This document shows positions 53,396 to 62,278 of a stretch of 64,000 bases of DNA, piece by piece (position 1 is the stretch's first letter; each line of letters begins with the position of its first letter). The stretch is from an uncultured Planctomycetales bacterium (lineage in GTDB: Bacteria > Planctomycetota > Planctomycetia > Pirellulales > S012-138). Below the pieces are notes generated by a model that saw only the letters and a program-made list of their open reading frames with translations, was not told where the DNA came from and did not search any database. Both the position numbers and the translations under genes were made by a program. The stretch is taken from contig CALBRZ010000046.1 of the NCBI GenBank assembly GCA_937927735.1, positions 1,809 to 65,808 on the forward strand, in the 5' to 3' direction.

Positions 53396-53920
53396 TCAGA
53401 CGTGCTTGATCCGCCGCACCACCACGTAGATGGCCGCCACAGTAAACAGAACGCCAAAGTAGGCGCGCGTCACGCCACCCTCAAAGACCATCGTGGCGTT
53501 GAACGCCATGAACAGAAAAAACGCAACCCAGGCCAGCCGGATCGCCGGGGCGCGCAGCATGGCCAGCCAGCGGGGGCGTCCCACGTCGGCGCGCTGAGCC
53601 AGTCGCAGATCCACGCCCCACAATACTACGTCGGCCAGCCAGACCAGGGTAAAGCCGTAATTGATCCAGATCCCAATGCCGGTGGCGACGCCTACCACTT
53701 CGTACGTCCGCTTGACGGCGTGTTCGAACGCTTCGGCGTGGCTCCAATGGTGGACGAAGTGAAACGCGGCCGCCACGTGCAGCAGGTATGCGCCTGCCGC
53801 GGCCGTCCAGAGCCGCCAGGCCAGCATCGACCATTCGCCGCGGGGCGCCAGCCGCAGGGCCAGCGCCGGCAATGCCAGGGTCAAGGCAACATCGGCCGTA
53901 ATCCGCGTGGGGTCCAGCAT
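53396..53920 (-). CDS. hypothetical polytopic membrane protein
   Basis: 174 aa from ATG 53920 (the track start 53950 is a TTG). Five hydrophobic helices and a His-rich motif HVAAAFHFVHHWSH. Confidence 0.7.
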   Translation of the reverse strand: MLDPTRITADVALTLALPALALRLAPRGEWSMLAWRLWTAAAGAYLLHVAAAFHFVHHWSHAEAFEHAVKRTYEVVGVATGIGIWINYGFTLVWLADVVLWGVDLRLAQRADVGRPRWLAMLRAPAIRLAWVAFFLFMAFNATMVFEGGVTRAYFGVLFTVAAIYVVVRRIKHV

Positions 53921-53972
53921 GTTCACGTTCACCCAAGAACCGCCTGCCAAACCCGCGCGGCGGTGTTCGTCG

Positions 53973-55106
53973 TTACGTCAACCGAGGATGGGGGCCCGCG
54001 TCCTTCAGTTCGGCTACCATCTGCTGGGCCAGGTTGTGATAGTCCTCCAGGACCTGGATGCCCAGGCGATAAGTTAAGAGATACCCCAGCGATCCGGCAA
54101 CCAGTTGCCCCACGATCGGGAACCACTTGGCGACGGTCTTACCGGCTTCGCGCTTGGCGAACTGCCGCATGACGCCTTCCACGGCGATTGGCGTCCCGTA
54201 CTTGGCCGCCAGCGCCGCCGCCCGCCCGGCGATGGCCTTGGTCTTGAGCGAGGCCAGGTCGACCGACGGCGGTTGGTGCAGATGGTACAGATCCTGGATC
54301 TTGTGGATCATGGCCAGCAGGATGCCCAGGTCGACCGAGACATCCAGCCCCGGGATCGGGTTCATGCCGTTGGCCGCGGCCGCCAGCGCATGCCAGTGCA
54401 CCATGTGGCGACCAACACGCAGCTTTCGCTCCAGCCCCTCGGGCGTCCAGGCGGCCAAGGCGGCTTCGACACGTTCGCGTTTCATGCCTTCCAGGCAGTC
54501 GCAAACGTCTTCCAGCAGCCGCGGCAGATCGTACCGGGCAGGGTACCGCGAAGAAACCAGGTACAGCTTCTTAAGCCCATCGTCGCCGAGATAAATTCGC
54601 AGGTTGTCTTCGATCTTGGCGCGGACTTCGACTTCGGTGAGGCCGTGATCGAGCTGCCCGTCGAGCACCGCCAGATCGAACTTGGTGCGGACGATGAAGT
54701 ACGGCACCTTTAACTCGTGGATGATCTGCTCCAGCAGCGCGGCGTCATCCTCAAACCAGCGGTCGGTTACGACCAGGATGAGCGCGTCGTACGTGTCCAG
54801 CCGCATCGTGCCGGCGTAGTCCTTGGCCGGGAACGTGGGCGTGCCGCAGCCCGGCAAGTCGACCAGGACCAGCCCGTTGTATTCGAACTCCTCAGGCTCC
54901 ATCGTCGTCTCGACCACGCCCACCTGGGCCAGCTTCTCGCCGACCATGGCGTTGATCAACGACGATTTTCCGGTGCCGCTGCGGCCGATGATGCCCACCC
55001 GTACCCGCGTCTGTTCGAAGGCCAACTGCTGCTGCGCGGCCTCCTTGATGTACGCGTCCAACGACTTGGGCTGGGGTACGTTGCGCGAGGGGAGCGAATC
55101 AATCAT
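53973..55106 (-). CDS. P-loop GTPase with C-terminal DUF697-like helical/membrane-associated region
   Basis: G1 GRSGTGKSS, G3 DLPGCG, G4 RTKFD. The C-terminal region (NPIPGLDVSVDLGILLAMIHKI...WFPIVGQLVAGSLGYLLTYRLG) resembles DUF697. Confidence 0.8.
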   Translation of the reverse strand: MIDSLPSRNVPQPKSLDAYIKEAAQQQLAFEQTRVRVGIIGRSGTGKSSLINAMVGEKLAQVGVVETTMEPEEFEYNGLVLVDLPGCGTPTFPAKDYAGTMRLDTYDALILVVTDRWFEDDAALLEQIIHELKVPYFIVRTKFDLAVLDGQLDHGLTEVEVRAKIEDNLRIYLGDDGLKKLYLVSSRYPARYDLPRLLEDVCDCLEGMKRERVEAALAAWTPEGLERKLRVGRHMVHWHALAAAANGMNPIPGLDVSVDLGILLAMIHKIQDLYHLHQPPSVDLASLKTKAIAGRAAALAAKYGTPIAVEGVMRQFAKREAGKTVAKWFPIVGQLVAGSLGYLLTYRLGIQVLEDYHNLAQQMVAELKDAGPHPRLT

Positions 55107-55192
55107 GGGCGGCTCACCAGTTTATGATGGACGCGGTGCGGCGTACGCTAGCTACACCTCGGCAGTTATTGAGAGGCGACAGAAAATACCAA

Positions 55193-55245
55193 GGGATTTC
55201 CCTATAGGGATCTCCCCATAGGGAATCCCCTCAAAGGGATTTCCC
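55193..55245. repeat. four tandem GGGA-N(1-2)-TCCC palindromic units with 14-15 bp period
   Basis: The units are GGGATTTCCC (55193), GGGATCTCCC (55207), GGGAATCCCC (55221) and GGGATTTCCC (55236). The junction CCCTATAGGG is itself a perfect 10-bp palindrome. They lie 87-140 nt upstream of the GTPase start. Confidence 0.85.
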
Positions 55246-55339
55246 TAATGCATTATAGGAGCCGCGGTGAGCTGGGCAGCGAAACTGCGCCGGCCAACGA
55301 CAACACTAGTGGGTACGTCCCCCCTTCCTACGGCGGCAC

Positions 55340-56275
55340 CTAGAACCTGTGCGGCCGGCCCGCGGCACATAGCTCGCGCCAGAAATCCAGGGCCGTCGGC
55401 GTGCGATGCCATACGCGGCGGCGCAATGCCCGGGCAATCGGCTGTGCGTAAGGCGAAGGCAGCGACTCGGCAAACATCCGCGGCCGCCCCGCGATGATCT
55501 CCTCGCGAGTGAAGTTCAAATCGGTGGGTGACAGCAGCCGCAGCAGCAACAAGCCCGCGTGGTAAATGTCGACGCGGCGATCGAGCACCCCCAACTGGGG
55601 ATCGAGGAACTCGGGCGGCAACATCCACTGGGCAAACACGGTGTCGTAGGCGACCTCGAACTCGGGCTTGCTGATGCCCAGGTCGCCTAGCTTGAACGTC
55701 CAGCCGCGCATGCCGGGTGTGCTGCCATCCTGTCGCGGCGACAAGTACACGTTGCCGGGGTGCAGGTCTTTATGGACGTAGCCGGCCCCGTGCAGGTAAT
55801 CGAGGGCCTGGAGCACGTCGCTGGCCACAAACGGCAGCCATCGTTCGCGGTCGATCCCCTCCCAGCGAAGAAATTCCTGGAGCGAATGCGGGCAGCGTTC
55901 CAACACCAGGTAGAACGTGTCGCCATATTCGAAGGCGTCGTACACGTAGGTGATGTTGGGGTGCCGAAATTGCGTGAGATTGACGAACTCGCGATACCAG
56001 TCGGCCTGCACCTGCGAGTACGTGCGCTGCTGCGGCACGATCACCTTGGCCACCTGGTAGTTGCCCCACTCGTCGGTGCACTCGTAGACGGCTCCGTAGT
56101 ACCCGCGGCCTATCGGCTGGCCCAGGTAGTAATGACGCCCGCTTGGAGTCACCAGCACGTCGCCCGCCCGCGGGGGCCGGAACGTTTTGCCCGTCTGCGG
56201 GGGCGTGAAATAGGGCGGCTGCTGCATTGAAGGCGCGGGCGTTTTGGAGGGGTAGGGGCGTTTCCCGAAGAACAT
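55340..56275 (-). CDS. serine/threonine protein kinase (compact, kinase domain only)
   Basis: ATG 56275. Gly-rich loop IGRGYYGAVY, VAKV lysine, catalytic loop HKDLHPGNVYL, and DLG (DFG-like) motif GDLGISK. Confidence 0.85.
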   Translation of the reverse strand: MFFGKRPYPSKTPAPSMQQPPYFTPPQTGKTFRPPRAGDVLVTPSGRHYYLGQPIGRGYYGAVYECTDEWGNYQVAKVIVPQQRTYSQVQADWYREFVNLTQFRHPNITYVYDAFEYGDTFYLVLERCPHSLQEFLRWEGIDRERWLPFVASDVLQALDYLHGAGYVHKDLHPGNVYLSPRQDGSTPGMRGWTFKLGDLGISKPEFEVAYDTVFAQWMLPPEFLDPQLGVLDRRVDIYHAGLLLLRLLSPTDLNFTREEIIAGRPRMFAESLPSPYAQPIARALRRRVWHRTPTALDFWRELCAAGRPHRF

Positions 56276-56381
56276 GGCCAGCCAAGCACGAACCTTCTGA
56301 CCCAAACGGGGGACCGTGTGTATTATACGGGGCGTGCCGACCTTAGCAGCCTCTTCGTCCCCCAGCCGAATGCAGCCCCGC

Positions 56382-57131
56382 ATGAGCAAGCAGGTATTAC
56401 TGGTAACGGGTGGTAGCCGCGGGATTGGCGCGGCCACGGCGCTTTTGGCCGCCGAGCAAGGCTACGCCGTGTGCGTGAATTACCGCAGCAATCAGGCCGC
56501 GGCGGAAAACGTGGTGCGGCAGATCCAAGAGCGCGGCGGCGAAGCCGTCGCCGTTCAGGCCGACGTCGCCCACGAAGATGAGGTGCTCCGGCTCTTCGCG
56601 GCCGTGGATACCATGCCCGGCCGGCTCACGGCCCTCGTCAACAATGCCGGCATCCTCGAACGTCAGATGCGCGTCGAGGAGATGGATGCAGACCGCATCA
56701 ATCGCATCCTGACCACCAACGTCACCAGCTACTTTCTCTGTGCCCGCGAGGCCATCAAGCGGATGTCCACCCGGCATGGTGGGCAGGGCGGGGCGATTGT
56801 GAACGTGTCGTCGGTGGCTGCCCGCACCGGGTCGCCCGGCGAGTACGTGGACTACGCGGCTTCCAAGGGGGCGATCGACGCCATGACGATCGGGCTGGCG
56901 CAAGAGGTCGCCCAGGAAGGCATCCGGGTGAACGGCGTGCGGCCGGGTTTCATCTACACCGACATTCACGCCGCCGGTGGCGAGCCCAACCGGGTGGAAC
57001 GTGTCAAGCAGTTCGTGCCGATGCGCCGCGGCGGTACGGCCGACGAAGTAGCCAGGGCAATCCTGTGGCTGTTGTCGGACGAGGCATCGTTCTCAACCGG
57101 TACGTTTATTGACGTGGCAGGCGGTAAATAG
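56382..57131 (+). CDS. short-chain dehydrogenase/reductase (SDR) family oxidoreductase
   Basis: ATG 56382 gives MSKQVLLVTGGSRGIGAATA (TGxxxGxG), NNAG, and YxxxK (YAASKGA). Divergent from the kinase gene. Confidence 0.9.
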   Translation: MSKQVLLVTGGSRGIGAATALLAAEQGYAVCVNYRSNQAAAENVVRQIQERGGEAVAVQADVAHEDEVLRLFAAVDTMPGRLTALVNNAGILERQMRVEEMDADRINRILTTNVTSYFLCAREAIKRMSTRHGGQGGAIVNVSSVAARTGSPGEYVDYAASKGAIDAMTIGLAQEVAQEGIRVNGVRPGFIYTDIHAAGGEPNRVERVKQFVPMRRGGTADEVARAILWLLSDEASFSTGTFIDVAGGK

Positions 57132-57225
57132 CGCCGTCGCGCGACAAGCTCATTAAGCGAGCGGCCAGGCGCTGCGCGCGTGGCATAGGGCATTCCCCAA
57201 TCCACTTCACCACGAACGTGCCGCC

Positions 57226-58092
57226 ATGTACTATGAGCAACTGCTCGACGGTTTCCCCCACGACGAGTTCATCCAGCGGTTCTTCCGACATCAACCACTG
57301 GCCCGGCGCGGCGTGCAAGGCGATTGGCTGCGCTGGGGAAACTGGGACACCGTGGCCGCGATCCTCGCGCACCCCCAAGTCGATGTATTGGCGGCGCGTG
57401 CCGGCGAGTTATGGCCGGGCAACACACCCCTGACATACGAGCTTGCCCGGCAGCTGCACGCCGAGGGTTACACCATCGCCATCCGGCATGCCGAGCGCTG
57501 CTTCCCTCCGCTGGCCGCGGTGGCCGCTGAGTTCGCGCATTGGTTTTGCGGGGCGGTCAACATCCATCTCTATTGCACGCCCGAGCGGCAGTATGGCTTC
57601 GGCTGGCATTATGATGCCGAGGATGTATTCATCATCCAAACGGAGGGTACCAAAAATTACTCGCTCCGTAAGAATACAGTAAATCCGTGGCCCACCGCGG
57701 AAACCCTGCCGCTCGATATGCAGTTCGAGCGCGAAATCTCACCATTGATGAAATGCCAACTGACGGCCGGTGACTGGCTCTATGTTCCGGCCGGCTACTG
57801 GCACGTTGCCCAGGCGGAGGAGGCGGCCATATCGCTGGCCATCGGCATCACGACGCCTACCGCGTTGGACCTGTTGGACCATCTGCGCGGTGAGCTGCTT
57901 CGCGATCTTCGCTGGCGTCAGCGTCTCCCTGTTTTGGGGGCAGGCAACACACAATCGCCCCGGGAATTACGGGACGAACTGGCCGCGCTTGCGCAAAGTC
58001 TGGCCCAAGATCTCACGCTGCGTCTGGCCGATTCGGCCTACCTGGAACGTTTCTTGAACGATGTTCAAAAAAAACTTCACAACCGGGAATAA
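57226..58092 (+). CDS. JmjC/cupin-4 domain protein (ribosomal oxygenase YcfD/RoxA-like)
   Basis: Core NIHLYCTPERQYGFGWHYDAEDVFIIQTEGTKNYSL with an HxD iron motif, and a distal His in YVPAGYWHVA. Confidence 0.8.
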   Translation: MYYEQLLDGFPHDEFIQRFFRHQPLARRGVQGDWLRWGNWDTVAAILAHPQVDVLAARAGELWPGNTPLTYELARQLHAEGYTIAIRHAERCFPPLAAVAAEFAHWFCGAVNIHLYCTPERQYGFGWHYDAEDVFIIQTEGTKNYSLRKNTVNPWPTAETLPLDMQFEREISPLMKCQLTAGDWLYVPAGYWHVAQAEEAAISLAIGITTPTALDLLDHLRGELLRDLRWRQRLPVLGAGNTQSPRELRDELAALAQSLAQDLTLRLADSAYLERFLNDVQKKLHNRE

Positions 58093-58495
58093 CCGTGCCG
58101 CGCGCCACGAACTTAAGTAGTGTTGGTCGCGTAGATTAGGCATGTGTTATCAACGGAATAGATATAACCCGGAAGCCTATCAAGCTGCCGGAACAAACCT
58201 ACCCCCCAAAGATCAGCCTGTACCGGTTATGAGACCTATAGTGCAGGCTCCCCCCTAATGCCGACCCGCCGGCACGTCAAGCGTCACGTTGACGCTCCGC
58301 AACCTGTGACGTAGATAAACTGCGACAGCCAATCGGCTCCTCCCCACCGTCTTGGCGTCCCTAAGCGCCCGGTGCCGGGAAAATCCGATCCCGCCTCGCA
58401 GTGTGCCCGCGGCCCCCGCCTGATCGCCGCGCGGCCTCATCGCTCAAAAGAACGATCCGTCGCACGTCGACGTCGAAGGAACAGGGAACAGTGTG

Positions 58496-59857
58496 ATGAA
58501 GAAGGGGATGTTGTTGCTGGTGGACGACGATCGCCACCTGTGCGAATCCATGGCCGATTGGCTGCGCGAACAAGGCCACCGGGTCGATACGGCCCATAGC
58601 GTGGCTGAGGGCCGGGCGCACATCGACCGTAAGACTTATGATGTGGTGCTGACCGATATCCGCCTGGGCGATGGCGAAGGCTTCGAACTGCTGCAACACT
58701 GCCAACGCCACGCGCCGCACACTCAGGTGGTGTTGATCACCGGGTACGGCACCGTTGAAACCGCCGTGGAAGCCATCCGCGCCGGCGCGTTCGACTTCCT
58801 CACCAAGCCGCTGATCGACGACGAGCTGGAAATGGCCATCCAGCGGGCACTCAGCCAGCGCGAAGTGCTGGCCGAGAACCGCAATCTCAAGGCTCAGCTC
58901 GACCTGCGGTTCGGCCTCGAAAACATCATCGGCCAGGACAGCCGCATGCGACGCGTGTACGACCTGGTCGAAAGCATCGCCGACACCAAAGCCACGGTGC
59001 TGATCACCGGCGAAAGCGGCACCGGCAAGTCGCTGATCGCCCGGGCAATCCACCGCCAGAGCGCTCGCCGCGACAAGCCGTTCATCGAAGTCGCGTGCGG
59101 TGCCCTGCCGGAGAACCTGCTGGAAAGCGAGCTGTTCGGTCACGTGGCCGGCGCGTTCACCGGCGCCACGGTCGACAAGCTCGGCAAGTTCAAGCAGGCC
59201 GACGGCGGCACGATCTTCCTCGACGAGATCGGCACGGCCAGCCCCGGCTTGCAGGTCAAGCTGCTGCGTGTGTTGCAGGAGTTTGAGTTCGAGCAGGTAG
59301 GCGGTACGGAGACGTTCCACGTCGACACCCGCGCCATCCTGGCCACCAACGAGAACCTGGCTGAGCGCGTGGCCGAAGGCAAGTTCCGCCAGGACCTCTA
59401 CTACCGTATCAACGTCATCAATATCGAACTGCCGCCGCTCCGCGAACGGATCTCCGATATTCCGCTGCTGGCGCGGCACTTCCTCCGCAAGGTTTGCGAG
59501 GAGTCGGGCAAGCGCGTCCGCGACTTCAGCGAAGATGCCATTGCGGCGCTCCAGCGGTATCGTTGGCCCGGCAATGTCCGCGAGCTGCAGAACGTGGTCG
59601 AACGGGCCGTGCTGCTGGGCAAGAGCGACTTGATCATGCTCGACGACCTGCCGCCCGCCGTGGCCGCCGATCAGCCCACGGTGCCGGTCGCTGCCGGTCG
59701 CCGGACGCTGCGTGAAGCCCTGGCTGATCCTGAGCGGCGCATCATCCGCGAGGTGCTGGAAGCCAACGGCTGGAACCGCAGCCTCACCGCCGATGCGCTG
59801 GGCATCAACCGCACCACGCTCTACAAGAAGATGAAGCGGCTGGGTCTGGAACCGTAA
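58496..59857 (+). CDS. sigma-54-dependent response regulator (NtrC family: receiver, AAA+, Fis-type HTH)
   Basis: Receiver LLVDDD...[12 protein letters not shown], Walker [15 protein letters not shown] loop ([10 protein letters not shown]), and a C-terminal [19 protein letters not shown]. Confidence 0.92.
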   Translation: MKKGMLLLVDDDRHLCESMADWLREQGHRVDTAHSVAEGRAHIDRKTYDVVLTDIRLGDGEGFELLQHCQRHAPHTQVVLITGYGTVETAVEAIRAGAFDFLTKPLIDDELEMAIQRALSQREVLAENRNLKAQLDLRFGLENIIGQDSRMRRVYDLVESIADTKATVLITGESGTGKSLIARAIHRQSARRDKPFIEVACGALPENLLESELFGHVAGAFTGATVDKLGKFKQADGGTIFLDEIGTASPGLQVKLLRVLQEFEFEQVGGTETFHVDTRAILATNENLAERVAEGKFRQDLYYRINVINIELPPLRERISDIPLLARHFLRKVCEESGKRVRDFSEDAIAALQRYRWPGNVRELQNVVERAVLLGKSDLIMLDDLPPAVAADQPTVPVAAGRRTLREALADPERRIIREVLEANGWNRSLTADALGINRTTLYKKMKRLGLEP

Positions 59858-59888
59858 ACAACTCGCCCTCCCGCCGAGCGAACCGTAC

Positions 59889-59926
59889 AAGGCGCTAGCC
59901 TGGCCGATGCCATGCTAGCGCCTTTT
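59889..59926 (+). terminator. terminator-like hairpin after the activator gene
   Basis: Perfect 11-bp inverted repeat AAGGCGCTAGC / GCTAGCGCCTT (59889..59899 and 59914..59924) with a 14-nt loop, then TT. The T-tract is short. Confidence 0.5.
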
Positions 59927-60269
59927 CGTATGCGCTCCGTCATCCTGCCGCGGCACGTAGAGAGCTTCAGCGCCAAGCTGTCGCTTCGCATATCGTGTGC
60001 TAGCATCGACCATTCCCTATCCGCTAGCGCGAGGACAGGAATCTCGCACTTATCACGATGCACGCTTGATGAGCTGCGCACCTGAAGCGGCTCGCACAAT
60101 GGCCCCGCAGTTCGCCCGGTTCCTCTCGCCGGTGTTTCCTCGCAAGTTGCCGCAGCGTTCCAACGCTCGAAAGGCGCCGCCGAGCCGCCGCCAGGAGTGC
60201 AGGAGACCGTTATCGCCATGGCGTCCAGCGGGTTACAGGCGGTCGCCGTGTTTCTTCGTGCCATGCTTC

Positions 60270-60285
60270 GGGCACGCCATTTGCC
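60270..60285 (+). promoter_or_regulatory. sigma-54 (-24/-12) promoter candidate
   Basis: gGGCACGccatTTGCc places GGCACG at 60271..60276 and TTGC at 60281..60284 with consensus spacing (TGGCACG-N4-TTGCW). It lies downstream of the sigma-54 activator gene and 327 nt upstream of the YTV gene ATG. Confidence 0.6.
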
Positions 60286-60611
60286 CCGCCAGCGGCAAAG
60301 CTTTCCCAACTTTACAACCGCATCGCACTCGCTGGGGTTATTTCGTTCTCCCCGAGCGTGGCAGGTATTTCGCCCAGTTGTTGCAAGCTCCGAGTTGGCG
60401 AGGATTATCTCACCTTCGGCAACTATTTAGTTTACACATTCATCAGCACTGTTATATTCATCGCAACTTGCACGGCACTGCATCGCTTGGCCTTGCCACA
60501 ATTGACCGCACCAGGTGTGGGGGGCAGAACGCGTCGCGGTTACTGCTAGCACTCAACGGTTCAGCGTGTTCCGTTACTCGAGGAATGGCATTGCGAAAGA
60601 AGGAGTTCAGA

Positions 60612-62174
60612 ATGCACCGCTACGCATGGATACTACTGTTGGCGGCGGCTCCGCTGACCACCGCAGCGCATGCAGGTGGCCATGCCTGCAAAAACGGCTG
60701 TAATCACGGGGGTGGGGCTTATTGCGGGCCCACGTACCAAACCGTTCAAAAGACGATCTACGTACCGCAGTACGTTTGGGAACAGCGCACGGTCCAGGTG
60801 ACCCGCTATCGGCCCGAACAGCGTCAACGCACCGTGACCGTGACCCGCTGCGTGCCGGAGACCAGCGAGGTCACCGAAACCTACACGGTGATGGTTCCCC
60901 AGACCGTGAGCAAAACGGTCAACTACACCGTCGCCAAGCCGGTCGTGCGGCAGGTGGAGCAGCAGTACACGGTGATGGTGCCCCACGTTGAAACCCGGCA
61001 GGGTACCCGCCAGGTCGTACAGCCGGTGACGCGGCAGGTCGAGCAGCAATACACCGTGCTCGTGCCCCACACCGAAACCCGCCAGGGCGTGCGCCACGTG
61101 AGCAAGCCGGTGGTGAAACAGGTTGAGCAGCAATACACGGTCTTGGTGCCCCATACCGAAACGCGCCAGGGCACCCGCATCGTGTGCCAGCCGGTCACCA
61201 AGCAGGTGGAGCAGCAGTACACCGTGCTGGTCCCCCATACGGAAACCCGCCAGGGCACCCGCATCGTGTGCCAGCCGGTCACCAAGCAGGTGGAACAGCA
61301 GTACACCGTGCTCGTGCCCCATACGGAAACCCGCCAGGGAGTCCGCACTCGCTGCGTGCCGGTGCAGACCACCGAGCAGCGCACCGTCTGCGTGAACCAG
61401 GGTTACTGGGTTGAAAACGGCCACTGTGGTTACCGCGGCTGCAATAGCTGCGGCTCGTGCTACGGTGGCGGTTGCCGCAAGTGGGTGAACCAGGTGGTGC
61501 AGAAGGTGATCGATGTCAACGTGTGGCGGTACCAACAGGTGCAAGAGCCTTACCAGTACACCGTCACGGTTTGCAAGCCGGAAACCCGCACCGTCAACGT
61601 GGTCTCGTACCAGCAGGTCCAGCAGCCCTACGAGTACCAGGTCACGGTTTGCAAGCCCGAGACCCGTACGCGTACGGTGAACCTGGTTTCGTACCAACAG
61701 GTGCAGCAGCCGTATGAATACCAGGTGACCGTTTGCAAGCCGGAAACGCGTACCCGCACCGTCAACGTGTGCGAGTACCGGATCGAGGAGCAGCCGTACG
61801 AGTACCAGGTGACCGTCTGCAAGCCGGAAACCCGCACGCGGACCGTCACCGTGTGCGAATACCAGACGGTTACCCAGCCGTACGAGTACCAGGTGACCGT
61901 CTGCAAGCCGGAAACCCGCACCCGCACCGTCAACGTGTGCGAGTACGTCAACGAGCAGCAGCAGCGCGAGGTGCACTACACCGTGATGAAGCCCGAGCAG
62001 CGGACGCGCACTCGCCAAGTGGTGCGGTACCGCCAGGTGGCCGAGGAACAGGTGCAGACCTACACGGTGATGGTACCCTACACCGAAGAGCAGACGGTCA
62101 ATGTTCGCGTCTGCCGCCTGGTACCCAAGACGGTGTGCTACAACGTGCCGGTGGGCGGCGTTTGCTGCAACTAA
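60612..62174 (+). CDS. secreted Cys-rich YTV-repeat protein
   Basis: ATG 60612 with AGGAG 6 nt upstream and signal peptide MHRYAWILLLAAAPLTTAAHA. Two families of 28-aa repeats containing YTV/YQVTV motifs. The upstream 205 codons of the track ORF are low-GC and lack any protein-like pattern. Confidence 0.85.
   Translation: MHRYAWILLLAAAPLTTAAHAGGHACKNGCNHGGGAYCGPTYQTVQKTIYVPQYVWEQRTVQVTRYRPEQRQRTVTVTRCVPETSEVTETYTVMVPQTVSKTVNYTVAKPVVRQVEQQYTVMVPHVETRQGTRQVVQPVTRQVEQQYTVLVPHTETRQGVRHVSKPVVKQVEQQYTVLVPHTETRQGTRIVCQPVTKQVEQQYTVLVPHTETRQGTRIVCQPVTKQVEQQYTVLVPHTETRQGVRTRCVPVQTTEQRTVCVNQGYWVENGHCGYRGCNSCGSCYGGGCRKWVNQVVQKVIDVNVWRYQQVQEPYQYTVTVCKPETRTVNVVSYQQVQQPYEYQVTVCKPETRTRTVNLVSYQQVQQPYEYQVTVCKPETRTRTVNVCEYRIEEQPYEYQVTVCKPETRTRTVTVCEYQTVTQPYEYQVTVCKPETRTRTVNVCEYVNEQQQREVHYTVMKPEQRTRTRQVVRYRQVAEEQVQTYTVMVPYTEEQTVNVRVCRLVPKTVCYNVPVGGVCCN
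60939..61358 (+). repeat. five tandem 84-nt coding repeats (PV[TV][KR]QVEQQYTV[LM]VPH[TV]ETRQG.R....)
   Basis: Units start at 60939, 61023, 61107, 61191 and 61275. Units 3-5 are nearly identical at the DNA level. Confidence 0.9.
61530..61943 (+). repeat. five tandem 78-84-nt coding repeats (Y..V.QPYEYQVTVCKPETRTRTVNV...)
   Basis: Units start at 61530 (78 nt), 61608, 61692, 61776 and 61860. Confidence 0.9.
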
Positions 62175-62278
62175 CCTGACGGCATGTGCCCCGCAACCGC
62201 GGTTCGCCTCGTAAGCCCGCACTTGCCAGGCGACGCGTAGAACCCAGGGCCGTTGCAAGCGGCCGGCAAGAAGTAACT

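Noticed and set aside
58361-59890. 509-aa minus-strand ORF, and the similar 541-aa ORF at 60633..62258
   Set aside because: They are antisense to the sigma-54 activator and to the YTV-repeat gene respectively. The repeats in 60633..62258 simply mirror the plus-strand coding repeats.
60359-60373. Second sigma-54-like element TGGCAGgtattTCGC upstream of the YTV gene
   Set aside because: The spacing is correct, but the -12 region reads TCGC instead of TTGC and the -24 element has a C to G change. It is much weaker than the GGCACG-N4-TTGC element at 60271..60284.
59997-60611. N-terminal 205 codons of the 725-aa track ORF for the YTV protein
   Set aside because: This part has lower GC and no protein-like pattern, and it includes the sigma-54 promoter and several palindromes. 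A good AGGAG RBS, an ATG and a signal peptide occur at 60612.
60939-61943. Regularly spaced 84-nt DNA repeats that could be mistaken for a CRISPR or other non-coding array
   Set aside because: The units are contiguous with no unique spacers, are in frame, and translate into a coherent 28-aa protein repeat within a gene that has an RBS, a signal peptide and a terminator. No cas genes are present.
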